Below, in pieces: positions 25,041-39,660 of a stretch of 64,000 nt of DNA. Under the pieces are notes generated by a model. It worked only from the letters and a program-made list of their open reading frames with translations, did not search any database and was not told where the DNA came from. Source of the stretch: Vicugna vicugna (taxonomy: Eukaryota); the NCBI GenBank assembly GCA_013265495.1, contig MU058636.1, positions 1,612,001-1,676,000 of the forward strand, written 5' to 3'. The position numbers and the translations under genes were made by a program. How positions within the stretch are numbered: the first letter of the stretch is position 1; every line of letters begins with the position of its first letter.

Positions 25041-27329
25041 CTTTCGTTCACCGTTTGTCAGGAAGGTGTATGTTGATGTCTTTTTTGAGCAATTACTTGA
25101 AATTTAGCTTCTCGGATACTCTTTTAAAATCTCATTTTCTTATGTTCTTCGTTATTTCTGTTGTTTCATTTTCGTTGCCTTAAGTTATCTTGCTACCCTT
25201 TCTCTATACTGATATAGTTAACTCTCAGTTGATTCATGTGAGTAAAAAGAAACCCAGACCCAGATAACTCAAAACTAATTTGTTTGACTCTGGATTTTAA
25301 GACGATTTTGCACCAGATTTGTGTTCCCACTCAGGTTTTATTTAAGCTGCTATTATGATCAGTTTACATTCCATAAGCATGTACCAGCTGGCTAATGGAA
25401 TGAGTAGGCAGGCCCGAGGAAGCTGAACCAGGATGGAAAATTAGCTGTGGATAACACACATGTAGATCATTCAAAATTGATTGTAGCTTGTTCTTGTGCC
25501 CAGAAAACTATCTGCTCAATAACCTGGCTTTCTTAGATTTCTTGCTTGCATTGAACTGTATTATTCTAATATGATGAATTTGTTTTACAAAGAAACCTTT
25601 AAGATGTTTAAAGAATCTAAGTATAAAAATTATGGTACCTGAATTTGTGTCTGAATAATTTTTTAATTGTTCAAGTCCTCTTTGTACTTAGTTCTTATAT
25701 ATTCTCCTACTGTTTGCTTTTCCTATATTTTAATTAGTTTACACTTGTGTTTCATGATCTGATTAAAAACTATCTTGCTTCATGATGCCGATGTTCCATA
25801 ATCGTTGATCATTTACGTATCTAGCCTCGGTGGGAGTGCGCAGTGGGAACTGACTTCGTTACTTCCTTGCCCACGAAGCCGCTGGTGAGAGCTCCGGGAA
25901 GAACAGCAGAGGCTGCAGGAGCGAGGGAAACTACCTGACTTTCTGTTTTTTCCCCTTGCTTTTGAAGGTGATGTTATTTCAAGGACAGGACATGTGATTG
26001 CTAGAAGCTCTTGTTCTCCTGTTTGGAAGCAAAGCCCCGCCAGAGGAGCTTGTGCAGGATTTGGGGTGGGAGGGAGCAAACGCTCCACATTCTTCGGCCA
26101 AAATCCGAGCAGCCCTCCGCTCCGCCTGCCCCTCCAGTCCTCTCTGAGTGCGGTGGCAGTGGCGCCTCTGTCAGGCCTTTGTTTTCCTTCTCCAGGACTT
26201 GCTGTGCAAATGTTGGTGGAGGAGATAGGAAGTATAAAGGGAAGATGGAGGACAGGGAGCCCTAAACATGTGGTGTCAGCGGTGTACAGTGTCCCCAGTA
26301 CCTTCTTCCTTGTCTGAAAACTGGTTGTGATAAATATGTTGTCACGTCCAGATAGGATAGGACTTTGAAAACCGTACAAAGTCATTGTTCAAACAATGAC
26401 AAACACTTCACTGGGTCCACCCCAGTCATAGGCAGCCTGCTGTGGCCTGGGTCCCACCTGTTACCACCTTTCATCACCAGTGAACTGGTCCACCCTGGGC
26501 AATCTTTCTCATACACCTTCTTTTCTCTTTGGTTGTAGTTGTAAATCAGACGGTAACTTTAATCATGGCAGGTAAAGTTAGTAACAGTGCTAGGGATGGT
26601 TTTAAGTGCAGTCACAACTACAGAAGTATCCACGTCAAACTTCATACTCTCGAAGGTGGCTAGACAGGCCTACAGGATCTCAGCAAGGTCTCTGACCAAG
26701 TGTTGTCTGCTGCAGGCGTACAGCATTTCAGCTGCATACGGCACAAATTCACTTCTATAGGCAAGTCCAGAAAGCTAAGCAAACATTTATAGTTTTTATG
26801 GGAAAATGCATTCTAGTTTATTTGTAATTGATACAGAGTTTGTTCATAACTGGGAAACTGCCCAAGCAGATTTTTTTCTCTGATGATTTTTAACTGTTTC
26901 TGTTGTCAGGAGAGATGGCACATGGGTGGACCCAAGAATGATTGATTTCCTTTTTTTTTTTAAACTACCACTCTAATTGATGGGAAGGTGGGAGTATATT
27001 TGGAATATTTTTACCCTTTTTTTTTTTCACTTATGTCTATAAGGGTGAAGGAGGTTCTCTGCTTTGGAGCCAGATAGGATAAATTTTTCCCGAAATATTG
27101 TATGAGGCAAAACCCTCAGATCACATCAACAGGATGTATTATTATTTTAAAGAGATGAGAGAAGAAGGATCTGTGGTGACCCGTTGCTCTCAGTATTCCC
27201 AACACCAGGAGGCTGGGCTGAGAAACCTGATCTGATTGAGTGCAGGGTAAGAAGCGGGCACCTTGGTCAGTGATTCGGTTCTTCATCGACCGTCAGTGGG
27301 CCCTCCCAAGACGAATCAGAAAGTATCCA

Positions 27330-28700
27330 GCTGCCAAGTTAGCTGAAATGGCATTCCTTAAAAAGATCTCACTATTAATAGTTTATTTTTTTTAAGTGTA
27401 AGCTATAGAAAAATAGCCAGATACATCTATTGAGGATTAAGAGGATGGTGAAATAGTTTGAAAGAATACTATTAGAAATATGGAGGTAAATACCAGGAGA
27501 AACAGGTAAAAAGGAGTTGCCATTGGTTTTTCTGGTGGCGGGGAAGGATGATGCAGAAGACTGATGCATTTCATTTTAAGTCTTTAAGTAGTATTTTTCT
27601 CTTTAAGCTATGTGCATGCTTTGATGAAACAGAAATCAGTATAAATAAAACGTTCCTACAAGCTAGCAGAATGGTAATACCACTTTAGGACTATGTGAAT
27701 AGTACCCACAGTAGGTTATACTAGTAGTTGTTTTAACGTACAATCAGTATATAATCACCCAATCTCAAACTTTGTGGTTAGATTTATAGTTCTGTCTTTG
27801 GAGTGCATTTGTTTCCAACATTACACCTCCCTTTCTCTTAGCTCTATTATTTACATATCATGCGTAATACTAACGGCAGGCATGGCCATTCTCTGATGTT
27901 ACTCCCCCAGCATCTTGAATAGTATCTTACTCGTAGAAAGTCTCACAGTGTGGTTGACAGGTCTGTTTCCTGGGCTTTTAAAAATCTCTTTCTAAAAATT
28001 ATACAAATAATACAGATTCACTCTAGAAAAAAAAATCTAAAATGCAGAGAGGCAAGCAAAAAACTAAAAATAACCCACAGCTCATCTTGCCGTTTCGATA
28101 ATATCCCTCCACGTTTCCCTGTGCAATATGTGCAAATAAATTTGAAATAAATTTATCCTATTCGTACTCCTTTGTAACATCTGATGAACGTCTTTCAGTG
28201 CCAAGTATTTGTCTTTGTTTTTAATGACTGCCTAACCTTCTGCCATGTGGATATGCCATGATTTATTTACCCAGTCTGTTTTTAGTAAATATTTGTTTTC
28301 TGTTTTTCTTCTTTAGTTGTTAACAAGTTGTTGAATGAGTTTCCTTGCACATGCAGTTTTGCATATTTATTTGAATATTTTCTTAGGATAAAATGGAATT
28401 TTTAGGTCCACACATATGTTTTATTTTTATTTTTATCATGTTGCCAGTTGTCCTCCAGAAATGGTATATTAGCTTCAGTCACTGTTAGTAGACAAAAGAA
28501 TGTCTGTTTCTCTGCTCCCTCACTGACAAATGAGCAGAAACAGATTTATCATTGTTGGGTTAATTAGTATTTCTTAGAATAACAGTGCATTTGAACAGTT
28601 TTAACATGGATATAATTTATCATTTCTCCTTGAATTTTCTCTTCAGTGTTTTTCCCCTTTATAGAAAAAGGTCTCTTTTTATTTTTTATGTGTTCAAAAC
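27330..28700. mobile_element. Old L1ME-type 3' UTR fragments
   Basis: AT-rich L1M-like text, e.g. TTTTTAATGACTGC...GTGGATATGCCATGATTTATTTACCCAGTC. Confidence 0.5.
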
Positions 28701-28858
28701 TACCTACGATTTAAAAACACTTTTAAAATTTCTCCTCCAATTTTGAAATTTTATGCTTCAAAAGCTGTTCCTTTCCCAGGGTTACATATGTGGAATAAAC
28801 TGATTTTCAGAATGTAGTAGGGTGACTACCTCTCAAATTTCTTCCTTTCTCCCATCAG

Positions 28859-28933
28859 GAAAGCAATAGAAGAACTTCTTAAAGAGGCAAAACGTGGGAA
28901 AACGAGGGCAGAAACAATGGGACCTATGGGCTG
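28859..28933 (+). CDS. POLR1D: POLR1D isoform 2 exon 2 (KAIEELLKEAKRGKTRAETMGPMG)
   Basis: Strong acceptor TTTCTTCCTTTCTCCCATCAG|, donor CTG|GTGAGT, 75 nt, phase 2-2 and in frame with exon 1. Matches the recalled human isoform-2 sequence. Too short to appear in the ORF track. Confidence 0.93.
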
Positions 28934-29539
28934 GTGAGTTCTTGAGTCATCTTCTCTGAAACTTAAAGACACGTATATTAAAGAGAAAAGTTTTCTTCAG
29001 CAGTGAGAATGTAAATTCACGGATGTAGAGGAAATCACCCAGAAGCAAGTGACAGAGTGAGGACACTGTTGAGGGCGGCGGCTCTGAGGACGTGGGCAGG
29101 GGGCTGCGGACAGAGGACACCTGTTACGGTGTTCCCATCCCTTCGGTTCACAAGCCTCCAAGAGACACGTGGGTACTACTGTGCCTAAAGGCACATGTGT
29201 GAGAGAGTAGTATTATATCAGTGCTCACTATTTAAGAATTTGTCTTAATTATAGCCCTTAGTAAATTAAAATTTTTTTTAATTCTAATTTTAACTATTTT
29301 GATTTTGTGACAATTCAACTGTGTAGAACTGAAGTTTACCTTTGCAGTCCCCATACAAAACAGAGCTTGTTAAAACTTAACAATATAAACAAAGGAAGAA
29401 TTTAACCTTAAGCATCAAGTCTACTCTTAAAAGCATTGCTTTAGCAATAGCATTCACATCCAATAACTGCTGGTTTAGGTCTTTTATCTACAATGTAAAA
29501 TTCATTATAATGGAGTACTGTGGGCCGTTAAAAAGTATA

Positions 29540-30215
29540 AAGTGTAAAAATGGGACAGGAGTAGAAGCTAGATCTTTGTGGACTTAACTCTTAGAACCAA
29601 GCACAGGGTTTACATCACACATAAAACAAGATTAAGTCAAAGTTAAAGAAATAGAGAGGAAAGGCAATTTCTAAAAATCAAGCAAAATAAAACAAATGGA
29701 CCTAAATAAGCCGTTTAGTGGATGGCTTAGCCACACATAGAGGCTATTTCAGGTGATCTGAAACTTGACTGTATTTTCAAAAGAAAAAAAAGAACTAGAA
29801 AGAAATCTTAAATGTTCCCAGTCACCACATTGTTGATAATAATATTGATATTGTTGTCCTGAAAATATTATGTAGTAGGATAAAGCAAATATGTAAATAC
29901 TTATTTGCTATAGATACCAAGATTCTCAGTGGAAAAGATATAAATATAAAATCAAAGATATAAAAATCTGAAATCATAAATTTGAATTGAAAATATCAGT
30001 ATGAAGCTGTGCTAGATTTTCTCTTTGAGAAAGAGGTGGGTGGGGAGAAAGGGAGGGAGAGAAGCTTTTCTGGCTCTGTTCACTGAAAAGGCCTTGAAGC
30101 AATGACCATCCACTCAGTAGCAGTGAGCACCCCGGCACCCAGGGCTGGTATATAAATACAATTTCTCACTGAAAGAAGACAGATCTGTAGGGAAATAATT
30201 GACTGCAGATCTGAG
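29540..30215 (+). mobile_element. L1MC-type 3' UTR fragment
   Basis: CAAAATAAAACAAATGGACCTAA and CTCAGTAGCAGTGAGCACCC motifs typical of L1MC 3' ends. Confidence 0.55.
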
Positions 30216-30219
30216 GCTG

Positions 30220-30862
30220 TTGCCTGGAATTTTCCAGTCTGCAAGCTAGCTGTCACAGGCTCCAGGACTGCCCTCACTTCTTGTATCAACTGCAAGTTAT
30301 GCAAGTTCCCAAAACCACTCTCAGCTTCAGTAATTTGCTAGAAAAACTTATGTAATTCATAGAAAGCTATTACACCTATGGATACAGTTTATCACAGGGA
30401 AAGGATGCAGATTAAAATCAGCCAGAATAATAGATGCAAAGGGCACAGTCTGAGAAGTTCCGCAACACAAAGCTGCTGTTGGCCTTTCCCCTTGGAGTCA
30501 GGACGTGTTACCCTCCCAGCATCAGCGTGTGACAGTACACAAGGCACACTGCCAACCAGGGAAGCTCACCTGAGCCTCAGTGTTCACAGTTTTTACTGGG
30601 GTTCCATTACTTAGGCATGATGGATTGATTGCTCACATGGTTGATCTCAGTCTCCAGTTGACCAGTACAATACCCAAAGCTCCGACCCTAAGTCAAGTGG
30701 CATGGCCATCTCTCCCTTAAGACTATCAAGTGTGGCCAGTCCCAAGCTAAACGAAGACGTTTCTATCAGGTATGACTGGCCTCCCAGAGTTGAGATTAAC
30801 TCCCAGAAACCAGGGCAAAGGACAGACCTCTCTGTGGGCAAGTCGAAACTGTCTACTACAGA
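30220..30862 (-). mobile_element. MER21/MER77-like solo LTR
   Basis: CAGTAATTTGCTAGAA, GGAAAGGATGCAGATTAAAATCAGCCA and GCCAACCAGGGAAGCTCACCTGAGCCTCAGTG. Strand is tentative. Confidence 0.6.
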
Positions 30863-30899
30863 GTCAGGAAATGTGTAAGAGGAGCCAGAAAAAAGAAAA

Positions 30900-31620
30900 A
30901 CAAATTACATGAAGAGACTCTGACCTCACACAGATACGCATTTGGAAAAGGAAGAAGTATTTCAGTAGCCTTTTCAGAAAATTGTGATAACCTTTAATAC
31001 TGTGTCACAGCTTTCCAAGTGACCTCAACAAGTGACAGTTCCTTAATGTTCTTTCTAATAACGTGGACTCTTCACACACTGTTACAGGAAGATCCCTTGG
31101 TCTGCCCTGCACTTTGCCGGGATCTTCTCTCCTGCATGATTTTGTAACGTGAACTGGTCATCTGGAAAATACTGGTTCACTGAGTTATGAAGCTCCCCCA
31201 GTGTTGACACATTTCGTTATATAGTATCTTAAAAACACATTTGTTAGTATCACCACTAATCTTGTCAGAAAAGTCATTCAATTCTTTGGAACCTATCAAG
31301 TTCACAGTTTTCCAGAAGTCCCATTTTCTTTCACTTGGAAACTCCAGCTCTATCGCTGGCAGTGAATACTGCAAGTTGTTTTCCTTGAGGTGATGACTCA
31401 CAACATCTGACTAGCCAGCCAGTCCGCCTTGCAGCTCAAACAGTCGCACAGAACTTTCCCTGAAGGCAGCTTCTGGTCCAGCACACCTAACAGGTGCGGG
31501 CTCTGGAAGGCGGTCTGGCCCAAGGGAAACCATGACTTGCTCCTGCACACCAGTGCTGGGGCAGAAAATATCTCCACCATCCTGCTCATTCTGGGAGAAC
31601 ACCCGGTTTTACATCTGGTT
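30900..31620 (-). mobile_element. hAT-Charlie (Charlie1-like) DNA transposon fragment
   Basis: Minus strand CATAACTCAGTGAACCAGTATTTTCCAGATGACCA...TTACAAAATCATGCA resembles Charlie1 transposase. The ORF-track fragment FSDKISGDTNKCVFKILYNEMCQH fits this. Confidence 0.7.
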
Positions 31621-31681
31621 AAATGAGTGCACGTACACACACACACGTGTGTGCGTGTAAATAAAACTTTTAACCACTAAT

Positions 31682-31850
31682 CCGGTGGTTCCCAAACTTA
31701 ACTGCACATTGGAAATCATCTGAGGAGCTTCCAAAAATAATACGTGTTTCCCAGCATCAAAGATTATTTTAGTTTGGGGTATGGCTTGAGGTTTGGAGTT
31801 TTAAAGCTACTCAGGTGATTCTGAAGTGCACGCAAATGTGAAAAACACTA
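31682..31850. mobile_element. MER5-like hAT MITE
   Basis: GTGGTTCCCAAACTT...CACATTGGAAATCA...CAGGTGATTCTGA...AAACACT with imperfect terminal inverted repeats. Confidence 0.6.
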
Positions 31851-32599
31851 TTCTAATCTCTGTTATTGAAAAGAATGATACCCACCTGCTGTGCAGAATT
31901 CAGAGCATTCCCACAGCCCTCCCAGGAGCAGACAGGTGGCCAGGAGGCCAGCCACAGGAGTCCCAGGACCCATGTCTGTCAAGTGGACAGAGATCTAAAA
32001 GGGGCAGACAGACAGGCGCTTAGTAGTGGGCCATGGTTTGCTTTTCTAAGCACCTAGAAGATCTTTACATCAGCTTTAAAATTTAAAACTGAACTAGACA
32101 GAGTGACATTTTTTTCCTTCTTCAATACTCCGTAAGAAAGATCTTAAATAAGGTCGTTGAGCTGTTGCCAGAAAGAGACTGCTGCACGAAGGAAAATGCA
32201 AGTGGGATGCCATTTTTTATGTCACAAAGAAAGAAGCCATTTGGAGCTGTAGACTTACTTGGATGTATTTCAACAAAAGAATCTCTTGAGAAGCCATTCT
32301 TGACACAAGCCCCAGAAAAGCTGAAATATTGGCCCATGTGACCTCCTTTTAGTCAACATAAAGGAATTTATAAGCACAAATTTCAGAAATTTTCATTGTC
32401 TACAAAGCTGTTTTTATTCTGGTCACATTCACTTCAGCTTATCTTAGCCCAATATAATGCTTGAGTCTAGTGCCCGGTAATGTCAGCCTCATACTTGGAA
32501 AGGTTTATATTTTGGTACAAAAAGTTCCAAAGATTGAATCTTACAGAGAACAATTTTTCAGTTTTCTTTACCTAGATTTTTTTTTAACTTTAGAAAATA

Positions 32600-33330
32600 G
32601 TCTTTTTTCATTGAAGTACAGCAATGCTTCTGGTGTTTCTGGTGTACAGCAAAGTGATTCAGTTATACAGACATATATACACATATATCTATTCTCTTTC
32701 AGATTATTTTCCATTATAGGTTACTGTAAGATACTGAATATAGTTCCCTGTGCTGTACAGTAGTTCCTTGTTTATCTATTTTATATATAGTAATGTATAT
32801 CTATTAATCCCAAATTCCCAATTCTCTCTCCCCCACCTCTTTCCCCTTTGATAACCATGTTTATTTTCTGTCTGTAAGTCTATCTCTGTTTTGTAAGTAA
32901 GTTCATTTGTATCATTTTTTTAGATTCCATATATAAGTGATATATATTTCTCTTTCTCTGACTTACTTCACTTAGTCATCTAATCTCTGGGTCCATCCAT
33001 GTTGCTGCAAATGGCAGAATTTCATTCTTTTTTTAATGGCTGAGTAATATTCCATTGTGTGTGTGTATGTATATACCACATCTTCTTTATCCATTTATCT
33101 GTTGATGGACATTTAGGTTGCTTCCATGTCTTGGCTATTGCAAATAGTGTTGCTGTGAACATTGGGGTGCATGTGTCTTTTTGAATTAGAGTTGTCATCT
33201 GTTCCAGATATATGCCCAGGAGTGGGATTGCTAGATGACATAGTAACTATTTTTAGTTTTTTAAGAAACTTCCATACTGTTTTCCATAGTGGCTGCACCA
33301 AATTACATTCCCACCAACGGTGTAGGAGTT
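32600..33330 (-). mobile_element. 5'-truncated artiodactyl-type L1 3' end
   Basis: GTTTCTGGTGTACAGCAAAGTGATTCAGTTATA, CATCCATGTTGCTGCAAATGGCA and CCATACTGTTTTCCATAGTGGCTGCACCA. The minus-strand ORF reads [15 protein letters not shown] (L1 ORF2 C-terminus). Confidence 0.9.
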
Positions 33331-36300
33331 TACCCAGTTGTTTCAAGGGGAGTGATATTTTGGGGTGCTCGTCTGTTTGGATTGGGGTCAGTCTGGTGAT
33401 TACAGGGAGCATCACCTACATTTTCTTCCATTTCATGTAGTTGGCTTTTGATTACTGGAAAGCAAATCATTTCCCTGGTCTTCCCCCAGGCATGTGGTTT
33501 TTGTATTCATTCGAATATTCACCCAGTACCAGCAGGTATATTAAGAGGCCAGGCACAGGCAGCAGTGAAGAAGACTCACTGTCCTGGCCGTACAGCTGTT
33601 CACATGCTGGTGGATTCGGACAGGTGCACAGGTGCGCATGGGGCAGAGAGCCGGAACCCGCAGAGAGCGGAGGAAGGGCTTGCATTTCAGGCGACTCGTG
33701 GATGGGCTTGGGCAGTACTTCAGGGCCACAGAGACTCAGAGCCTTCACTTTATGGTCCAAGAACGGGAGGCCCAGAGAGGTTTCCTAAGTCCCCAGCCAC
33801 ATTAACTGCTGATGGGACTAGAGCCCTCCTCTCTTGTCTCTGGCTTAACGCTTGTCCTCCCTTCCGTGGATTATTACCTGTGAGCGCTTCCTGCCCCTGC
33901 CTCCCACATTCCTTTCCTGCCCAGTTATGAATGTGACTCAGAGAGCCCCGAGTGAGTTGTTGCTGGGTCACACAGCAGCGCAGTGACCTGTGCTGCTGCA
34001 GGAGCAGGAGGCCAAGGACCCGGGCACCGCTATTCACACGCCTGCTGCCCCACCTCACCTTGTCACACCTATCACACCTCTGTTCCTCTCAGTCCACAGT
34101 CCCCTGAAGAGCATCCCCACACAGATGGCCTGGTATTTATTTCCGCTGCCTGACCCAGAACAATGCCTTACACAGGAGAGAGTCCAATTTTTAAAAATTA
34201 AAATTACAGACATTTATGTACAGATACATCAACTATTTTTCATTACTTTTAATTGTAATGCCGGAGACAGAGTGTACTGAAAACCTCCTTGGCCTCAGGA
34301 CTGCTGTATGCAGAGGAGTTAAGGATTAACAGTGTTTAATGCGAATTATAACACGATGAAAGAACTTCTCAGGTGGCCACCCACTGAGGCACCTGACTGC
34401 CAAATTATAAACCGTAGCGCCATGGGTGGTTATGGTGGCTGCGGCACCTTAAACAAGATGAGCTGTAACTGACCACGGCATCAAGACCGAAAATAGCACC
34501 CAGTGCCGTGGGTGCTGGGAGTGCAGCTGTGCTTCTTTCCAGGGCTGCTCCTTTAGACTCACGCCCGCGGTCGTGCACGATGGAAGACAGGATGCCTTTT
34601 GCTGGCGTAGGACGGGGTTGGCTGTAGAGTAAAGGAATGAATTGGGACACATTGTGTGGAAACTGGCTTCCATGATGCCAAGGCTCCTATTCCCCGACCA
34701 GAAAAAGAACCATAATTTCCTACTGCCTGATGTACTGTACAAATTTCCAAGTCACATGTGTGCGGGGAGTTCTCTGCTTTTGTCCTTGTCTGTGTGAGGC
34801 TCTCCTGGGCTCATGAGAGGCCAGCGTCCTCAGCTGACCTGACGCTGCATACGGAACTACTGCGAGGTACCTGACCCTGGTGACCAGCGTGCTGACAGCT
34901 TTTCACCTGCGGTTCCCTTCCCTGCCTGCTCTGGGCCATCTGGTTACACTGCAGGTGCCAGTCTCTCATCTGCTCCTTCCGTCCCAGCTGGGATGGTGCT
35001 GGGAGGGGGACTCCGGAGTCAGACCCCCTGCTTCCAATCCCAGCCCCATGTCCTACTAGCTTGGGACCTTGGCTGAAAAAGCTGCTTCTCTCTTGTCCAC
35101 ATGTAAGACGGGTGATGGTGGGGGAGATGAAGTGAGGTGACATGGGTGACGCGACAGCCCTGGGAACTGCTCATAAGTGCTGGGCAGCATCGCCTGCGCT
35201 GTTGTTCTCACTGGTGCGGGATCGGGTGTCACTATTTGGTGGGTCACATTCATGAAACTTTTAGAAACCAAAGTGGCAGGTCTAAGTCTGTAGAATGCTA
35301 GAAATTCCTACCTCTGTCCTTCAGCAGAAGAGAGACAAAAGTAGTAAAATCAGAAAGAAAAGTTATGTGTATCTTCCCCACTCTGTCCTCTAGGTTTGTT
35401 TTTCAGTTTACCATTGTTCATCAGTCCAGTATGGTAACACAGGGAGAAAGCACTTGAGTTTTGCAAATGATGTTATACAGTATGCCTACTCAAGAAAAAG
35501 GGGAAGAAAGATGAAACGCTCACAAGCCTGGCCTCTCGATCCATCTGAGTCTCTCCCGTGGCTTGCAGGACCCTTCATCCCAGCCCCAGGCTGACAGCTT
35601 TGGGAGCGAAGGGAGTCGCTTCACCTTTTAGTTTAATGTGGACAGAACGCCAGATCTGAGTCTGACACGGCTGTCATGAGTACTTTCTAAAGCAGTTTTA
35701 ACCAGGCTCATTATATTTAGAGTTTTATATCCATTTATGTTGTTAGCACCTTCAGTCTGGCTCTTCCCACATGAGCTAACATAACTTTCTAAAATAAACC
35801 AAAAAGTAGCTAGCCAGGGTGAGAAAGTCGACCTTGTGTGGGTCAGAGCCCCACACAGGGAAGCGGTTGCCTGTGACCTTGTGTGGTCCCACATCTCTGG
35901 GCACAGCCAGTGACAGAGCCGGTGCAGACACATTCAGGAGCCACGGCCTGTGGCTTTTGCCTCGATGCTGATGTGAAAAAGGCTTTAGGATGGTTGAGTA
36001 TCCAATGCCAGCTTGTCATGCCTCAAATACAGGAAAAAAAAAAAAAGATGGCACTAAAAGAGAGCTGAGAAACAAGACAGACAGAGAGCAATGAAGTGAA
36101 GTGGTTTCCTAACGTGATGAAGGAGAGAAGAGTCACATACAAAACGTGAGCTGGGAATCTCAAACTGGAAGGGGCCTTCATGATCACCCCCTACTCCAAC
36201 CTTCAGTGTCGTGTCTGAGGACCAGCTACAAACAGAGTTTACAGATCATTAGGAAATGCAAATCGTAAGGTCAGAGGTAACACTTAGTAGCCCACTGACC

Positions 36301-36650
36301 CCGGTATCAATGGCGAATTGAGATGTCCTAGAAAGTGAAACTTGCAGAGATAGAAGCTGATCCATTTTAAGTACCAAAACTTTAAAATGTTAACCATTTT
36401 AATGAAAATGTCTATAAAACATCTTATAAGCTTTTTCTTGATGGCTCAGGGTTTTGTTTTGTTTCGTTTTGTTTAATCTTTTTTTCATTGAGAAACATCA
36501 GATATTCTGGTCTGTTTTTGATTAACTTATTATCCCCAGTGATTTGAAACTACATTGTCTTGAGTTTCCATCACGAACAAATCCCTGATATATTAACTTG
36601 AGTGCTACATATATTCTTTTTCATGAAGGGAGAGTGAGTAGTAATAATAT

Positions 36651-36957
36651 AGTTCCACAATCCCTTGTTTAAAGCCCTTGGATCCAGATAAGTTTCTAAA
36701 TTTAGATATTTCCACAGTTTAGGAAGGTCCTACAGCACAGACGGCGTGCACGACAGATACCCCCAGTGGTACCTGTTCAACACACTGTCGTTTCCTCAGC
36801 AAAGTGTATGAATGCTCACCCCAGGTGGGACACAGAAGTGCCCACTGTCAGGTCAGGTCAGGTCAGGTTTGGCTGCCAAGTGAGTTGTGACATCAGAAAA
36901 AGAACTTGGTTTTCAGAGGCTTTTAAATTTTGTAATTGTGCTTAAGAAATCAGACCC
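36651..36957. mobile_element. MER46C-like Tigger MITE
   Basis: TCCACAATCCCTT...CCCTTGGATCCAGAT start, internal GGTCAGGTCAGGTTTGGCTGCCAAGTGAGTT, imperfect inverted end. Confidence 0.65.
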
Positions 36958-36964
36958 ACGGGTA

Positions 36965-37340
36965 ACACTTACTGAAGATTTCCTCTATTCCAGGCACTGT
37001 GCTACGTGCTTTATGCATCTCATTAAGTCCTCGCGGCAGGCACATACTTCTGTTACTCCCATTTACAAGTAGAAAACTGACACACAGAGGCACTCAGTAA
37101 CTCTCCCATCATCACAAAGCTAATTAAGTTGCAGGGCGACGATGTGTACCAAAGCTGACCTTTACTAAGGGCTTGTTGTGTATCAGGCATTGTCTGGGCA
37201 CTTTACACATTCTCCCTCCTTTGATCTGCATCCAACCCTGTGAAATAATCAGTATCATTATCCCCATTTAATAGATGAGAGGCAACAGGGAGATTATTTA
37301 ACATGCCCAAGGTTCAGTCTGGTAGACAATATGATTCCAG
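36965..37340 (-). mobile_element. Two MIR fragments
   Basis: CCCATTTACAAGTAGAAAACTGACACACAGAG and ATTATCCCCATTTAATAGATGAG cores. Confidence 0.65.
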
Positions 37341-39660
37341 AGCACGTGTGTATACCACGTCGTATGAGCTTGTAGCAATAAAACAACTGGTGATGAGATT
37401 CAGCAAAATTAATTACCGCATTAGAGGCCACAACCCTCTCTGCTTCTGATGTCTTCAAACATCAGCACTGATGCTACGCTCCTTATACTTCCAACCACTC
37501 AGTGTAGGTTTTATAATTTCTTCATATGGGATCATTTACTACATGTCCCCTGACATTTGCCCGCACCCCCCCCCCCACTATCTCACTGTCCTGCCTTATT
37601 TATTAGTGGAGTATGGGTGAGCACCTGTCAGCATTTCCAAAACGTGTCCTGGCACATTGGGAGGAGATACTTTCACAGCCCCCTTCTCCCTCCCCTCAAG
37701 GAACCCGAGGTCTCTCCAAGCCGTCCTTCACTTTTCACCTTGAATAGAATCCTAGCCACAACCAACATTAAAAATCACCTCTTTGATGTGAAAAAGAGAT
37801 GGAAAGGCCAGTTTTCTTGTGGACTTTGTTGTAGAAAACCATCTAATTCTAGAATAGCTCTCTTGCTCCTGTGCTGAGTCAGTGGGTTCCACTAGCAGCA
37901 GGAAGCTAGGAACGCCTCCTCAGACACACCCCTCACTCTGTGTGAACCCCGCAGCTCTCCAGCCTATGGAGAACTTTGTCCATCTCGGAAAACCACCTGG
38001 TGTTACAGATGATCTCACATGGAAGATGACAAAATACAGTCGAATTTGCCAGGGGGTTCCAAAAGTTTTAGGATCCTGGGTCACTGTCCCAGCTGGCAAT
38101 AATCACCTTCCTTACTCATTCAGTCCAGAGAAGAACTGATTGGTTTGAGCAGCACTGAGATGACCCACTGCACTGGAAATGCCCCAGAATCCTTCCAAAG
38201 CTGGCTGTGTTTCACTGGCTGTTTCTGGCCTGCCACAGCCAAGAGAGGCAGGTGGTCCATGGCTTATGACCATGATTTGCTCCTGCAGTAAGCCCTGCGC
38301 CACGGCTGGCAAAGAGGGGCAATCTCCGCTTCTTCTGTTCTGCGTTGAGGAGGAGTCTCTTCCCGCAGCCTAGCGGTGTCGTGCTGTTTTGTAACACGCT
38401 ATGTGTCCTGCTCTTCTGGTTCTTTGCTAAGTTTGCCACTGCAGTGGTTCCAGTGCTGTCACTCAGTCAGTTCTGGAATTCAGTGATATCCTACAGAATC
38501 ACTGAGGGAAGAGCCCGGACCTCCCTCCTAACTGCACAGAGGGTCCTTGCGCTGTACCTCCAGGAGCTATACGTGGCTAACGGCCCCACCACACCTGCTG
38601 CTCTTGTCCCCTTGTCCCTCTGTTGTCCTGAGCATTGAGCACGCGGGCGCACACTACCCCTGAGTCTCATCAGACACTTCCTCTGTCCGTGCTGGCTCAA
38701 GAGCTGCTTCTCTGCAGCAGGAGCCACTTTTTTTCCCCCCCTCTCCTTTTATTTCCAGATTCAGTGCCATTCTGGTTGCCTGAGATGGCCTGACCGCCAT
38801 ACAAGGACACTAGGCTGGTGACCACTGACACTTCTCTTCCACGGGGCTAGACTGGAAAAATTACTGCAGTGGGGTGCTGGTGGGCTGGTTTTGAGGCATC
38901 GCATGGGATTCTCCTCGAATCACAGTTTGATTTAAAGATGGATATTGTGGAATCCTACATTCATTTTTGCTAATACCAGCCACCCTGAGTAACATGACTT
39001 GGGGGATCAGTAACCTCCTAAAACAGCCCATCATGTGGCAGACGGCTCAAGGCCAAGAGAAATACTCAGCTTTTCATTTGTGTGGGGTTTTCTTTTCTAA
39101 AATGAAAGAGTTACTAGACTGGAAAAAAAAGATGAACACTGAGTATGTAAGTAGATCTAAGCATGTAAATCAATGATTTAATTAGTGACATGCTTCCTCT
39201 TGGGTGAACCTGATTCATGAAGCCTCCGTCCAGAAACTCACCCAGAGGGTGGACGTATGACTCATGCTCCCTGACAGAGCCGACTCAGAAGTAGAAAGTG
39301 CGAGCTTTTTAGAAGGGGAAAGGCAGTGACTGTTCTTCAGGCATTCTGGATTGCTAGGGCAGCTCACTTACACGCGGGGTTCAAGACACAGGGGGTATCC
39401 TTTTTTGTTCCTCCTGGAGGGAGTTGTTTTTACTCTTTGATATTTAAAAACAAGCCACCAAAACCTGAACTCGAAACCCAGATTACAGTCAGATCAGGCA
39501 TTTGTGGTTTAGAGACGGTATCACATGACTCAGCTCATTCGTACTGCGCTTCATACCTGAACATATGTTACAGCAGGAAAGTTAGTCCCGACAAGGAGGA
39601 AAGGTTGGTCTTCAGAGAAGGTCCCGCCAGTCTGTGTCCGGAGTCCTGAGGGTGCCGGGC

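Noticed and set aside
25813..26385. 190-aa minus-strand ORF in the intron
   Set aside because: No recognisable domain or convincing splice or promoter context; consistent with chance.
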